Shown in pieces: positions 1 to 9,700 of a stretch of 16,841 bases of DNA. Under the pieces are notes generated by a model. It did no database searches, was not told the DNA's origin, and saw only the letters and a list, made by a program, of their open reading frames with translations. The stretch is taken from positions 1 through 16,841 of the forward strand of contig JBHIAH010000056.1 in the NCBI GenBank assembly GCA_046758505.1, written 5' to 3'. Origin of the DNA: Candidatus Methylomirabilales bacterium. GTDB taxonomy: Bacteria > Methylomirabilota > Methylomirabilia > Methylomirabilales > CSP1-5. The translations under genes were made by a program, and so were the position numbers. Within the stretch, counting starts at the first letter, position 1. Each line of letters begins with the position of its first letter.

Positions 1-27
1 AGCCTTTATCGCTGACCAGAAAAGTAC

Positions 28-131
28 GGGACAGGGGCCCTTCGTCTGATATGGGAAAAAATAGGGACAGCGCCCATTTTCATCCGTGCTGCCCCTCCTT
101 CCGGGAGAGGAAAAGGTGTCAGGAACCTTTT
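28..131. repeat. Cluster of short imperfect palindromes with a GACAG/GTCAG core (REP-like)
   Basis: GGG-ACAGGGG-CCC at 28-40; AAAATAGGG-ACAGCG-CCCATTTT at 58-80; AAAAGGT-GTCAGGA-ACCTTTT at 111-131 (perfect 7-bp arms). They lie in an AT-richer stretch with no convincing gene. Confidence 0.45.
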
Positions 132-346
132 TTCATCAAAGGCTGTAGGTTGTCGACTTTTATTGGCAGGTTCGCTGGGCTGACTCGTGGACGAAGAATG
201 TCAGTCATCTATTCCCCGACCTTCCGCCGGGCATGATGGCCTGGGATCCCCGAGCGCCCCAATCACCTAATCTGGCTTGTCAGGCGTCAGAGCATCACAT
301 CTTTTTTATAGTATCATTCGTAGAGAGGTGCCCCTAGGCTTCGCCT

Positions 347-1693
347 TCAGGCGAAGGTGGCCTCTTGGAGGCGGTAGAGCTTGAGGAGGAACGAGTCCTG
401 GGGAACCTGCACCTGGCTCCACCGAATCGCCTCCCCCTTCTTGACCGACTCGGTGAGCCGGGCCTCGTACGCGAAGCCAAAGGGGAGGAGGCCTTCGGCC
501 TTGGCGACTTCCGCCTTCTCGATGAGGGCGTACGCGGTGAAGCCTCCCCCGCCGTCTAGGACCGCGCCGGCCGTGAGGTCCTGCTTCGCGCACGTGATCA
601 GCTCTGCCACCGGGGCACCCTCCGGCGCTCCCGTCGGCTCCCCCCGCAGCACCGCCTGGGCGACCGAGTTCGGCGTCTCCACGCTGCACCAGTGAAACGG
701 CCGGAAGAGGGTAAAGTTCGGCCCGTTTCGAATATCCGGGGGAAGTAAGGAGGTCGGATCGTTCACATAGGCCAGATCCTCGACCACCTTCGGCTGATCC
801 GACGTCACGACCAAAAAGACGCCCGGGAACACCCGGCCGTGCGGTTGGAGGCGGCCGTCGGCCTCGGTGCCGTTCGCCAGGTCCACAACACCTTCCTGAC
901 CGAGAATTCCCCCCTGCCCCTTGAGGCGAAAGACTCTCGCCAATCCCTCCACATCCACCACCGGCTCGTGCATCCCCCGGATCTCGGGGACGAGGCGTAA
1001 CGCATTCGCCACGGCGCACATCTCGGTCTGGGCCTTGGTCCCATCCCGGAAGGAGTTGAACATCTGGGGGTTGAGGCCGAGTGCCGCGGCCTTCTCCCGG
1101 TTATCGTCGGGGGTGGCGTAGCGCTCCGGGGGACTCATCAGTGTCCCCCGACCGGCAACGACGATTCGCAACCCAAGCCCCCGGGCCCACTCGGCCATTT
1201 CGCAGATGACCCCCGGTTGATCGCCCGCGGCCAACGTGTAAATCACGCCGGCGGCGTCGGCCAGCCGCGCAAGGATCGGCCCCACGACTACGTCCGCCTC
1301 GACATTGAGCATCGCGATATGTTTTCTGTGGAGGATTGCCTCGTAGGCGACCATGGCCCCCACTTCCGGGACGCCGGTCGCCTCGACGATGGCGTCAAGC
1401 GGGAGACGGCAGAGCAGGTTCCCGTCGGCGGTCACCACCCGCCGCCCGTTCCGGAGTGCATCTGTTGCATCCCCTTCGGCCCGGGCCTCTCTGACCCTCT
1501 CCAGGGGACTGCCAGCGTCGAGGAAGGCCTGGACGGCGCGGTCGGGCACTAGATCGGCGATGGCCACGACCTCCATCCCTTCCATGATCCCGATCTGCTT
1601 CACCACCCCGGTCCCCATCCGCCCGGCTCCTACCACGCCGACCCGGATCGGATTCCCTTCAGTCGCTCGTTGTATAAGGGCGCGTCGAAACAT
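347..1693 (-). CDS. NAD(P)-dependent oxidoreductase, homoserine-dehydrogenase-like with C-terminal SAF domain (COG4091 type), ~448 aa
   Basis: N-terminal Rossmann motif IRVGVVGAGRMG; family-type motifs DAIVEATG, NVEADVVVGP, GDQPG, DGTKAQTEMCAVANA and FRPFHW; SAF-like C-terminus (AKQDLTAGAVLDGGGG...LLPFG...VKKGEAIRWSQV). Start moved from ORF-track 1744 to ATG 1693, which has an AGGGAGG Shine-Dalgarno (complement of 1700-1706). Confidence 0.85.
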   Translation of the reverse strand: MFRRALIQRATEGNPIRVGVVGAGRMGTGVVKQIGIMEGMEVVAIADLVPDRAVQAFLDAGSPLERVREARAEGDATDALRNGRRVVTADGNLLCRLPLDAIVEATGVPEVGAMVAYEAILHRKHIAMLNVEADVVVGPILARLADAAGVIYTLAAGDQPGVICEMAEWARGLGLRIVVAGRGTLMSPPERYATPDDNREKAAALGLNPQMFNSFRDGTKAQTEMCAVANALRLVPEIRGMHEPVVDVEGLARVFRLKGQGGILGQEGVVDLANGTEADGRLQPHGRVFPGVFLVVTSDQPKVVEDLAYVNDPTSLLPPDIRNGPNFTLFRPFHWCSVETPNSVAQAVLRGEPTGAPEGAPVAELITCAKQDLTAGAVLDGGGGFTAYALIEKAEVAKAEGLLPFGFAYEARLTESVKKGEAIRWSQVQVPQDSFLLKLYRLQEATFA

Positions 1694-1823
1694 GGCGTTC
1701 CTCCCTTGGTCGGTCCGGTACGCGATGCTCCTAACAAACCGCACTTGCTCCGAAATGGCAAGCTAATCTTGGGGTGGCGCGAGAGCAGCGACGCCCAGCA
1801 CGGCGATGGCCCCCTTTGTCCCT

Positions 1824-2669
1824 TCACGAGGAGGTGGCGGCGGCGAAGGAGGGACTCACGCTCCGCGGGACCCGGGACCACCGGGGGATGATTCGCCGCT
1901 TCGTGCGCGAGGCGCTATTACGCGGCGTCCCGAGATGGGCCGTCCGGGGGTGACGGCCGAGATCGGTTTGTGAAGTGTCGAGGAGGAGGCGGAGCTCTGC
2001 GATCTCTTCGCGCCAGGCGTCAGGGTCAAGCTTTTGCAGGATGGCTTCGGGGTCCGTGCGGAGCCGCTTCATGAGTTTGTTAACCTTGCGGAAGAACCAG
2101 TGGACCCGCTTCTCCATGATGCGGACCACCAGGGGTCGGAACAGACGGGCGAGGGGATCGAGCAGGGCGCCGTCCACCCTGACGTAGCCGGAAAGGGAAT
2201 TCTCCACATAGGGGCCGTCGGGATTTTTCCCCTCGGTCGAGTGCACCACCATCGCGAGGCGCCCCGGGATGCGGATGATCCCTTTCTTGTATCTCCCCTG
2301 GGCGTAGAGGACCATCTGTCCCGCCTCGGCCTGCAAGATCTCGAGGCGGCCCGTGATTCCCTTATGATCGTTCGCCCAGTACGCGGCCACCCCTTGACGC
2401 TTGACCGTGTACTTCAGCACTCCCGCCGCCCGCGCCAGGCTCGCCGCAAAGTCGGGGTGTGTCAGGAGAAGCTCAAAGACCGCCTGTCTCCCCAGCACGC
2501 GGAGGCCACTCATCTCTCGGTGAAGGGTGAAATCTTCGACCACCTCCTTCACCGGTTTCCGGTGGTCACCCTTCAGGAGTGCGTCGGGGAAGGGCGGGGC
2601 CGTCTCCCCGGCGGCCGCTGCCGCAAGAGGGCACAGGACGAGAAGGAGCGCAATTGTTTTAGCCTGCAT
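1824..2669 (-). CDS. Secreted/periplasmic hypothetical protein
   Basis: ATG 2669 preceded by GAGGTG SD (2674-2679). Signal-peptide-like N-terminus MQAKTIALLLVLCPLAAAAA followed by a globular alpha/beta-looking core. The last ~45 residues are Arg/Ser/Pro-rich and may not be a conserved part. Confidence 0.75.
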   Translation of the reverse strand: MQAKTIALLLVLCPLAAAAAGETAPPFPDALLKGDHRKPVKEVVEDFTLHREMSGLRVLGRQAVFELLLTHPDFAASLARAAGVLKYTVKRQGVAAYWANDHKGITGRLEILQAEAGQMVLYAQGRYKKGIIRIPGRLAMVVHSTEGKNPDGPYVENSLSGYVRVDGALLDPLARLFRPLVVRIMEKRVHWFFRKVNKLMKRLRTDPEAILQKLDPDAWREEIAELRLLLDTSQTDLGRHPRTAHLGTPRNSASRTKRRIIPRWSRVPRSVSPSFAAATSS

Positions 2670-2690
2670 GCGCCACCTCACGGGAGCGTT

Positions 2691-2719
2691 ACCATATCAG
2701 AGCAGAGTCAGCAGAGCAA
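2691..2719 (-). promoter_or_regulatory. Putative sigma70 promoter for the minus-strand genes
   Basis: Minus strand TTGCTC (2719-2714), 17 bp, TATGGT (2696-2691) with an extended -10 TG; sits just upstream of the SD and ATG at 2669. Confidence 0.45.
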
Positions 2720-2732
2720 CCGGAGGAAGCGT

Positions 2733-2761
2733 TTGACAGGCGTAGGCATTCATGGTAGCGT
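2733..2761 (+). promoter_or_regulatory. Putative sigma70 promoter of the bactofilin-mnmA-MoxR operon
   Basis: Perfect TTGACA (2733-2738), 17 bp, TAGCGT (2756-2761) with extended -10 TG at 2753-2754. Confidence 0.65.
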
Positions 2762-2820
2762 GAAAAACTCACATCGTCGTGCATCGAGAAGGAGTACCGT
2801 TTCGCGGGGATCAACACGTG

Positions 2821-3246
2821 ATGCGACGGGAGAAGGACGGACGCGAGATTGGGGAGATCAAGGCCTTTCTCGGCGAAGGGACCGAGTTCAAGGGGATCCT
2901 CTCGTTTCAGGGGACAGTGCGCATTGACGGTCGGCTCGAGGGCGAGGTCCTGGGGGACGAACTCCTCATCGTGGGGGAGGAGGGGGTCCTCCGGGCAGAA
3001 GTGGAGGTCGGGAGCCTGATCTCGAACGGGAGGATCGAGGGGAACATCCGGGCCAAGAAGCGGGTTGAACTCTTGGCCTCGAGCACGGTCATCGGCAAAA
3101 TCAGCACCCCGTGCCTGGTGGTGATGGAAGGGGCCACGGTGAATGGCACCTGCGATATGGGGGCCTTGGACGAAGCCCTGGCGCCTCCGCCTGGCGGAGC
3201 TTCTGAGGGGAGACGCAGGGGGTCCGCGACGGAGGAGACAGGCTAG
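2821..3246 (+). CDS. Bactofilin / polymer-forming cytoskeletal protein (CcmA/DUF583 family)
   Basis: Beta-helix signature AFLGEGTEFKGILSFQGTVRIDGRLEGEV...IVGEEGVLRAEV...GRIEGNI...VIGKISTPCLVVMEGATVNGTCDM. Likely start ATG 2821 or GTG 2818 after GGGGA (2806-2810); the ORF track opens at 2779. Confidence 0.93.
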   Translation: MRREKDGREIGEIKAFLGEGTEFKGILSFQGTVRIDGRLEGEVLGDELLIVGEEGVLRAEVEVGSLISNGRIEGNIRAKKRVELLASSTVIGKISTPCLVVMEGATVNGTCDMGALDEALAPPPGGASEGRRRGSATEETG

Positions 3247-3254
3247 GGCTCACC

Positions 3255-4379
3255 ATGGGCACGCGGGTGGTTGTGGCGATGAGTGGCGGCGTGGACAGTG
3301 CCGTCACCGCCGCCTTGCTTCGAGACGAAGGGTACGATGTCATCGGCGTGACGCTGAAGGTGTGGGGCCAGGTGGCCGAGGCCCCGACGGTGTATACCCG
3401 CCATAGCTGCTGCGCGCCGGAGCCCATCGAAGACGCCCGCCTCATGGCGGCCCACCTCGGTATTCCGCATTACCTCATCAACGTCGACCGCGAGTTCGAG
3501 GCGCACGTTATCACCCCCTTCTGTCAGGAGTATGTGGCCGGACGTACTCCCCTCCCGTGTGCGGCCTGTAACACCGAGGTCAAGTTCGGCTCTCTCCTCC
3601 GGCGGGCCCTCGCATGGGGTGCGGATTTTGTCGCCACCGGACATTACGCGCGGATCGGTGTGGATCCGGCCACCGGCCGGGTTGTGCTCAGGCGTGGGGT
3701 CGATCCGGAGAAGGATCAGAGCTATTTCCTCTACGGCCTTACGCAGGCCCAGCTTCGGCGGGTTCGTTTTCCCCTGGGGATGATGCGGAAGGTCGAGGTG
3801 CGGGCATTGGCCGCCCGACGGGGGCTTCGCGCGGCGCACAGTCCCGATAGTCAAGAGCTCTGTTTTCTCCCGACGGGCGATTACCGGGGACTGCTCCGGG
3901 ACCGGTATCCTGGGACGGTTCGGCCCGGCATCATCCGTGATCGGAGCGGTCAGGCCCTGGGAACACACGAGGGGGTCCCCCTGTACACGGTCGGCCAGCG
4001 CCGAGGTCTCGGGATCGGGGGTCGCGGCCCGTATTACGTGGTTGCCCTCGACGCGGACCGGAACGAGGTCCTCGTGGGTCGGGAGGAAGACCTTCTTGCC
4101 GACACGGTCGTGGCGGAACGGGTGAACTTCATCGCCCTCGAGGAACTTACCGGGGAGCGGCCTGTCTTGGCCACCGTCCGGTACCGGCATCCTGCGCGGG
4201 AAGCCGCGATGCGGCCCATGGGGGAGGGGCGCGTTCTTGTGCAGTTCTCCCGGCCCCTGCGCGCCATCACCCCTGGCCAGGCGGTGGTCTTTTACGACCG
4301 CGAAGATCCGGACCTGGTGGTCGGTGGTGGAACAATCCGCGAAGTCCGCCGCCGGACTCCACCCGACTCTCTCGCCTGA
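3255..4379 (+). CDS. mnmA: tRNA-specific 2-thiouridylase MnmA
   Basis: PP-loop AMSGGVDS, PCAACN..VKFG, ATGHYAR, KDQSYFL, DSQELCF, YTVGQRRGLG, RYRH, AITPGQAVVFY, GGG. Confidence 0.97.
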   Translation: MGTRVVVAMSGGVDSAVTAALLRDEGYDVIGVTLKVWGQVAEAPTVYTRHSCCAPEPIEDARLMAAHLGIPHYLINVDREFEAHVITPFCQEYVAGRTPLPCAACNTEVKFGSLLRRALAWGADFVATGHYARIGVDPATGRVVLRRGVDPEKDQSYFLYGLTQAQLRRVRFPLGMMRKVEVRALAARRGLRAAHSPDSQELCFLPTGDYRGLLRDRYPGTVRPGIIRDRSGQALGTHEGVPLYTVGQRRGLGIGGRGPYYVVALDADRNEVLVGREEDLLADTVVAERVNFIALEELTGERPVLATVRYRHPAREAAMRPMGEGRVLVQFSRPLRAITPGQAVVFYDREDPDLVVGGGTIREVRRRTPPDSLA

Positions 4380-4400
4380 TTCCGCGGCAGGAGGTGCCTG

Positions 4401-5849
4401 TTGGAGTCGGTCCTATCGATTCGCGCCCGGATTGCCCCTCTGGCCCGGAGAGTCCGGTGGTCCCGGGGGATCTACTGGGGCACGCGCTGTCTCCGCTATA
4501 GTCTTCTCGCAGCCCTTCCCCTCCTCCTGGCCAAATCATTCTTGCCCGGGCCCCCGGGGTGGTGGCTCTGCGCTCTTCTCATCATCGGGGGTGGAGGCGG
4601 GCTTATCTACGGTCTGTCTCGCCCGGTTCCTCTCCGGGATCTCGCCCGACTCACCGAGGAACGCCTCGATCTACGTGCCCGCCTTTCCACCGCCCTTGAA
4701 TGCCACGACCGGCAGGACCGATCCTTCTTTGCGCTGGCGCTCTACCGAGATGCGCCGGGGGCCCTTCCCGCCTTCACGGGCCGGGACGTCCTCCCGCTCC
4801 ATCCCCCCCGCGAGTGCCGAGGCCTGGTCCCGGTGGGGCTTGCGGTACTTCTCCTCTGGTACGCCCCCCCGTTGCCGTGGGACCACCTGGGTATGCCTCA
4901 GTCCTCGACGAAGGCTGGAGGGCCACCTGAAGAAACGGCCCGCTCGGAGTTCGATGAGGGGACCGGACAGCCCGTGTCGGTTGAGCCACCGCAGATCCAC
5001 GATCGGCGATGGCGGATGGGGAGCACGCCGTCCTCCCGAATCCCCCGACGAATGGATGCCCTCTTCAAGGATAGCCCCCTCGGCAAGGTCCGTCCCGACT
5101 TTTCCAGCTTCCTCTCGGGGGGGGATGCGCGCATGAAGTTTCTCGGCCAGTCGCAGAAGATTCCGGATCTCAGGGGGGAGGACCTCCAAAGCCCGTACCA
5201 AATCGTGGTGCAGCGAATGCGGGAGTTGAGCGGAGGGGGGACCCGGGACTTGACGCCGGATGAGGCGAAACGCATGCTCGCCGAGGTCCAGCGCATGGGA
5301 AAAGGGGGCGGCTTCCCCGGGCCTGCCGATTCCGGCGGGAGGGAGAAGCTCACCAATCCCGGTGGGGAGAGGGTGCGCAGGGCCTTGGAGCGGGCCCTGG
5401 AGCGGCTTCGCAGGGAGGAGGAGGCCCGGTTGAAGAGGTCTAAGGTGCCCAAGGGGTCCGAGCCGGGCGTCCGACGTGAGCGGCGCGCCTCGGGAGGCGA
5501 GGAGCCTCACGAAGGAGAGTCGGGGTTGAAGAAGATGCGTGGTTCCCTCCCCGGGGAGGCGCAGTCGAACCTGCGGCGCGGAGATCCCACCCCCCGCCCG
5601 GATGCCTCTCCCCGTGATACCACCCTCAAGGGCCAACCACGGGGTGGACGATCGCAGGCGTATACCACGAACATCCTGGGGGTCGGACGGGGGGGAAAAC
5701 CGAAAGCCCCCTCCCTCAGCGTCCTCTCCCGGTATCGGCAGATGATGGAAGAGGCGTTGAGCCGGGAACCGATCCCTCCCGATTATCGGGAGCAGGTCAA
5801 AACCTATTTCGACTCGCTGCGCCCGCAGGGGGCGACGGGGGGCCGATGA
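4401..5849 (+). CDS. Membrane-anchored protein with a long charged, low-complexity C-terminal region (accessory protein of MoxR-vWA clusters)
   Basis: TTG start with AGGAGGT SD (4389-4395). Two N-terminal hydrophobic helices, an ERLDLRARLSTALE segment, a third hydrophobic helix, then a G/E/R/S/P-rich region ending in EPIPPDYREQVKTYFDSL. Its stop overlaps the next ATG (ATGA). Confidence 0.75.
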   Translation: MESVLSIRARIAPLARRVRWSRGIYWGTRCLRYSLLAALPLLLAKSFLPGPPGWWLCALLIIGGGGGLIYGLSRPVPLRDLARLTEERLDLRARLSTALECHDRQDRSFFALALYRDAPGALPAFTGRDVLPLHPPRECRGLVPVGLAVLLLWYAPPLPWDHLGMPQSSTKAGGPPEETARSEFDEGTGQPVSVEPPQIHDRRWRMGSTPSSRIPRRMDALFKDSPLGKVRPDFSSFLSGGDARMKFLGQSQKIPDLRGEDLQSPYQIVVQRMRELSGGGTRDLTPDEAKRMLAEVQRMGKGGGFPGPADSGGREKLTNPGGERVRRALERALERLRREEEARLKRSKVPKGSEPGVRRERRASGGEEPHEGESGLKKMRGSLPGEAQSNLRRGDPTPRPDASPRDTTLKGQPRGGRSQAYTTNILGVGRGGKPKAPSLSVLSRYRQMMEEALSREPIPPDYREQVKTYFDSLRPQGATGGR

Positions 5850-6724
5850 AACGGGAGCTGTACGATCCCACCTTCCTGCAGCGGCTCGAGAAGCTGAGTC
5901 TCACGGCTCGCCGGGTGTTGGGAGGGAAAGTCCGCGGGGAGAGGCGGGGGCGTCAGCGAGGAGTCGGGGTGGAATTTCGCGACTTCCGCGCCTATGTCCC
6001 CGGTGATGACATTCGCTACCTCGATTGGAATGTCTATGGCCGGCTCGAGCGGTTGGTCCTGAAGCTCTTTGTCGAGGAGGAGGATCTTTCCCTGCACCTG
6101 CTGCTCGACGGGAGTGCCTCCATGGGCTGTGGAACCCCGCCCAAGTTCGCGTATGCCCTGAAGGCGGCAGCGGCCTTAGCCTATATCGCCCTGAGCAGCC
6201 ACGAACGGGTGACCGTGGCACGCTTCAACGGCGGCGTGGAGGGGAGCGTTGGTCCGGTCCGGGGGAAGGGGCGGATTTTCCCCGTCCTGGACTTCTTGGG
6301 TGGGCTGGTGTGTCGGGGGGAGACCCGCTTTGCCACGGCGGTGCGAGAGTATCTTGGGAAGGTCCGGATGGCCGATCTCGTGATGGTCATGAGCGATTTC
6401 TTGGCCGCCGAGGGGTTTGAGGCCGGGTTGGACCTTCTCCTGAGCCGGCGCTGTGATGTGGTGCTGTTGCACCTCGTCACGCCGGATGAGCTTGATCCCC
6501 CGCTCACGGGTGCGGTCGTGCTTCAAGACGCGGAGACCGGTGAGGAGCACGAGATTCCCGGTGAAGCCGCCCTGGCCCCCTATCAGAAGAACCTGGCAGC
6601 CTTCTTCGATCGCGTGGAAGGCTTCTGCCGCCATCGGGGCATCGATTACCTCAGGCTGAGTACGGCGGTGCCACTCGAGGATCTGATCCTTCGCCACCTC
6701 CGCGTCGGGGGAATTCTGGGATGA
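5846..6724 (+). CDS. DUF58 domain protein (vWA-like MoxR partner)
   Basis: GVGVEFRDFRAYVPGDDIRYLDWNVYGR, KLFVEEED, LLLDGSASM, VMSDF motifs; ATGA overlaps with both neighbours. Confidence 0.93.
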   Translation: MKRELYDPTFLQRLEKLSLTARRVLGGKVRGERRGRQRGVGVEFRDFRAYVPGDDIRYLDWNVYGRLERLVLKLFVEEEDLSLHLLLDGSASMGCGTPPKFAYALKAAAALAYIALSSHERVTVARFNGGVEGSVGPVRGKGRIFPVLDFLGGLVCRGETRFATAVREYLGKVRMADLVMVMSDFLAAEGFEAGLDLLLSRRCDVVLLHLVTPDELDPPLTGAVVLQDAETGEEHEIPGEAALAPYQKNLAAFFDRVEGFCRHRGIDYLRLSTAVPLEDLILRHLRVGGILG

Positions 6725-9700
6725 CCTTTGCCAATCCGGCTGCCCTCTTGGTCCTGCTCACGATTCCCCTGTTGCTGCTGCTGCGGAGTGTGCGGCGGCC
6801 CCGGGGAAGACACGTGGTCCCGAGCCTGCTCCTCTGGGAGTCGGGGTCACCTCCCCGACCCTCCTGGGCCTTTCTGCGGCGCCTCCCCGTAGATTTCCTC
6901 CTCCTCTTGCAGATTCTCTTTCTCCTCCTGGTCGGTCTCGCCCTGGCCGGGCCCCGCCTCACGTGGTGGCAGACGGGGGTGAAGCGGGTGGCCCTGGTGC
7001 TGGACACCTCCGCCAGCATGCAGGCGAGCGATGTCTTTCCGTCGCGATTTGACGCCGCGCGGGCCGAGGCCCTGACGACGCTCGGCCGCCTCGAGGCGGG
7101 GCGGGAGGTCTCGGTGGTGGAGGCGGGGGTGCGGCCGGTGCTCCATCAGGCCTTCACGACCGAAACGGAGCGGGCGCGGGCGGCGCTCAACCGTCTCACC
7201 CCCCAGGACGGGACGGCAGCAATCCGCGAGACGCTCGCCCTCCTCGACACCCTCGCCGAGCATGCGCCGCTCGAAGTACACCTGTTCACGGACGGGGCCT
7301 TTGACCCTGTGCCGTGGTCTCCTGGGGAGGGGTGGGTGTTCAGGGTGCACCGCGTGGGGGTGCGAAGCCACAATGTCGCGATCACGAACTTCCGGATCCG
7401 GAAGAGCTACTACACGCCGGCACGGTACGAGCTCTTTGTCGGTGTGATCAACTTTGCCCCGGAAACCCTGACCTTTCCATTCGTTCTGACCCTCGACGGA
7501 AAGCCACTCCACACGGAGCAGGTCACGCTCCCTGCCCGGACCCGGCGAGGCCTCGTCATCCCGATCTTCCATCGGGGAGGAGGCGTCGTCGAAGGGCGGG
7601 TCGAGGTCGTCGATGACCTTGCGGTGGACAACCGTGCCTCCGCGGTCATTCCCCCCCCACGGGCCTTACGGGTCCTGCTGGTGAGCCAGGGGAATCTCTT
7701 TGTGGAAAACGCGTTGAAGGCCGACCCACGGATTGAGCTCACCACGGTGAATCCAGAGGCCTTCCCGCAGGCGCGGGCGGGTCAGGACGTCGTCGTCCTG
7801 GATAACTACTCCCCCAACTCGATTCCGCCCGGGCGTTATCTCCTCATCCGGTCTGTGCCGGGTAATGCCCCGATCGAGGTCCTCGGCACGGTCCGGGCGC
7901 CGAGGATCGTGGACTGGGACCGCAGCCACCCGGTGATGCGGTATCTGGATCTGGCCCAGGTTGTCATCGACGCGGCCCTGAAGGTGCGGTCCTTGGCGGG
8001 AGGGGACACCCTTATGGAATCCCAGCTTACCCCGCTCGCCCTGGCGTTCCACGAAGGGGGGTATCGGCTCGTCTTTCTGGGCTTTAATCCGCTCACGTCA
8101 GATTTTCCCTTGCGGGCTGCCTTCCCCCTGTTTGTCTCCAATGCCCTGCGGTGGCTCTATCCCACGGGGATCGAAGATCTGGGGCTGGATGGTGGGGTGG
8201 GAGTCCCGCGCGCGGTCGCTCTCGATCCCACCCTCGAGCAGCTCGCCCTGAGAGGCCCCCGGGGAGACGAACGGTCGGTTCCGATCCTCAATGGCCGGGC
8301 GTATCTCCCTGGCCTGCGACGGGCTGGCGTGTATCAAATTCGGGGAGGGGCGTGGCGGCGGCAGATCGCCCGCAATCTGTCGGATGCGGCAGAGTCCGAT
8401 CTGACCCCGAGGAGTGTGTGGCCCACCCGAGAGGCCCGTGAAGGGGTGGGAGGCTTCGAGGCCACGTGGGAGCTGTGGCGGCTGCTCCTCGGCCTGGCGT
8501 TCGTGGTCCTCTGCGTCGAGTTTGTCCTGGCGGTGCGGCGCGGGCATCGGGGGCTTCTCGTGGTGCTTTCGAGGGGAGTTGGGCTTTTCTGTCTCGGGTG
8601 GGCGCTGACGAACCCGTCCCTATCTCGGGCCGCCGATCGCCTGAACGTCCTCTTCCTCTGGGATCGGTCGGCGAGTATCCCCTTCACCGAGCAGGTGCGA
8701 GCCTGGGAGTTTATGCGGGCGGCGCTCAAATCCAAGGAAGGACGGGATACGGCCGGACTGATCAGCTTTGCCGGCAGCGCGCGGGTCGATGTCCCCCTGA
8801 GTCGGGATCCAGACTTTACCCGGCGGCCCGATGCGCCGCTGCAGGGAGAGGGGACCGAGCTGGCGGGCGCGCTCGAGGCGGCCCTCTTCACCCTCCCTTC
8901 CGCGGGGCAGTCGCGGATCGTGCTCTTGAGCGACGGCCATGACAGCCGCGGGAAGGTGCTGTCAGAGATCATCGCGGCTCGGGAGCGCGGGGTGGAGGTG
9001 CACGCACTCCCCCTCGGCGTGTGGCGGGAGGGCGAGGTGCTGCTGGGGCGGCTGAGTCTCCCCCGAGAGGTCAAGGAGGGGGAGGCCTTCGTGCTCCGCG
9101 TGATCGTCATGAGCGCGGCCGAGAGCACCGGCCGGATCACCCTGTCCAGGAACGGAAAGTTCCTGGGTGCCCAGACGGTCCGGCTCGCGGCCGGCAAGAA
9201 CGTCTTCGCCTATCAGCAGACGGTGCGGAAGGGGGGGTTTCACGTCTTCCAGGCCTCCATCGATGCACCCGGAGACGTCATCGAGGCGAACAACCGGGCC
9301 CTGGGGGTGGTCGCCGTTCGCGGGCGACCCAGGGTCCTGTACGCGGAGAAGGATCGGGAGCAGGCCCGGCACCTCCTGAAGGTCCTTCGGGCGCAGAAGA
9401 TGGCGGTTGACCTGGTCGGGCCGGGGAGGATCCCTCGGGATCTGCGTACGCTTCTCTCGTATGACACGGTGATCCTGAGCAACGTCTCTGCCCTGCGTCT
9501 GAGCCGGGCCCAGATGGAGCTCCTCCGAAAATACGTCCGCGATCATGGCGGCGGCCTCCTCATGCTGGGGGGAGAGGAGAGCTTCGGGCTCGGCGGCTAT
9601 TACCATACCCCCGTGGAAGAGTCGCTCCCCGTAACCATGGAGGCCCGGCAACGCCTTGAGGTTCCCTCGTTGGCGGTGGCCCTGGTCATCGATCGTTCGG

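Noticed and set aside
51..236. 61-aa ORF
   Set aside because: No SD, atypical composition, and it runs through the palindromic repeats.
339..356. CTTCGCC-TTCA-GGCGAAG hairpin over the oxidoreductase stop codon as an intrinsic terminator
   Set aside because: It overlaps the stop codon and has no U-tract after it on either strand.
1744..1762. CTTGC-N9-GCAAG palindrome upstream of the oxidoreductase as an operator
   Set aside because: Only 5-bp arms and a single occurrence; not distinguishable from chance.
2034..2927. 297-aa plus-strand ORF
   Set aside because: Antisense to the signal-peptide-bearing minus-strand gene, and it runs across both promoter candidates; no motifs.
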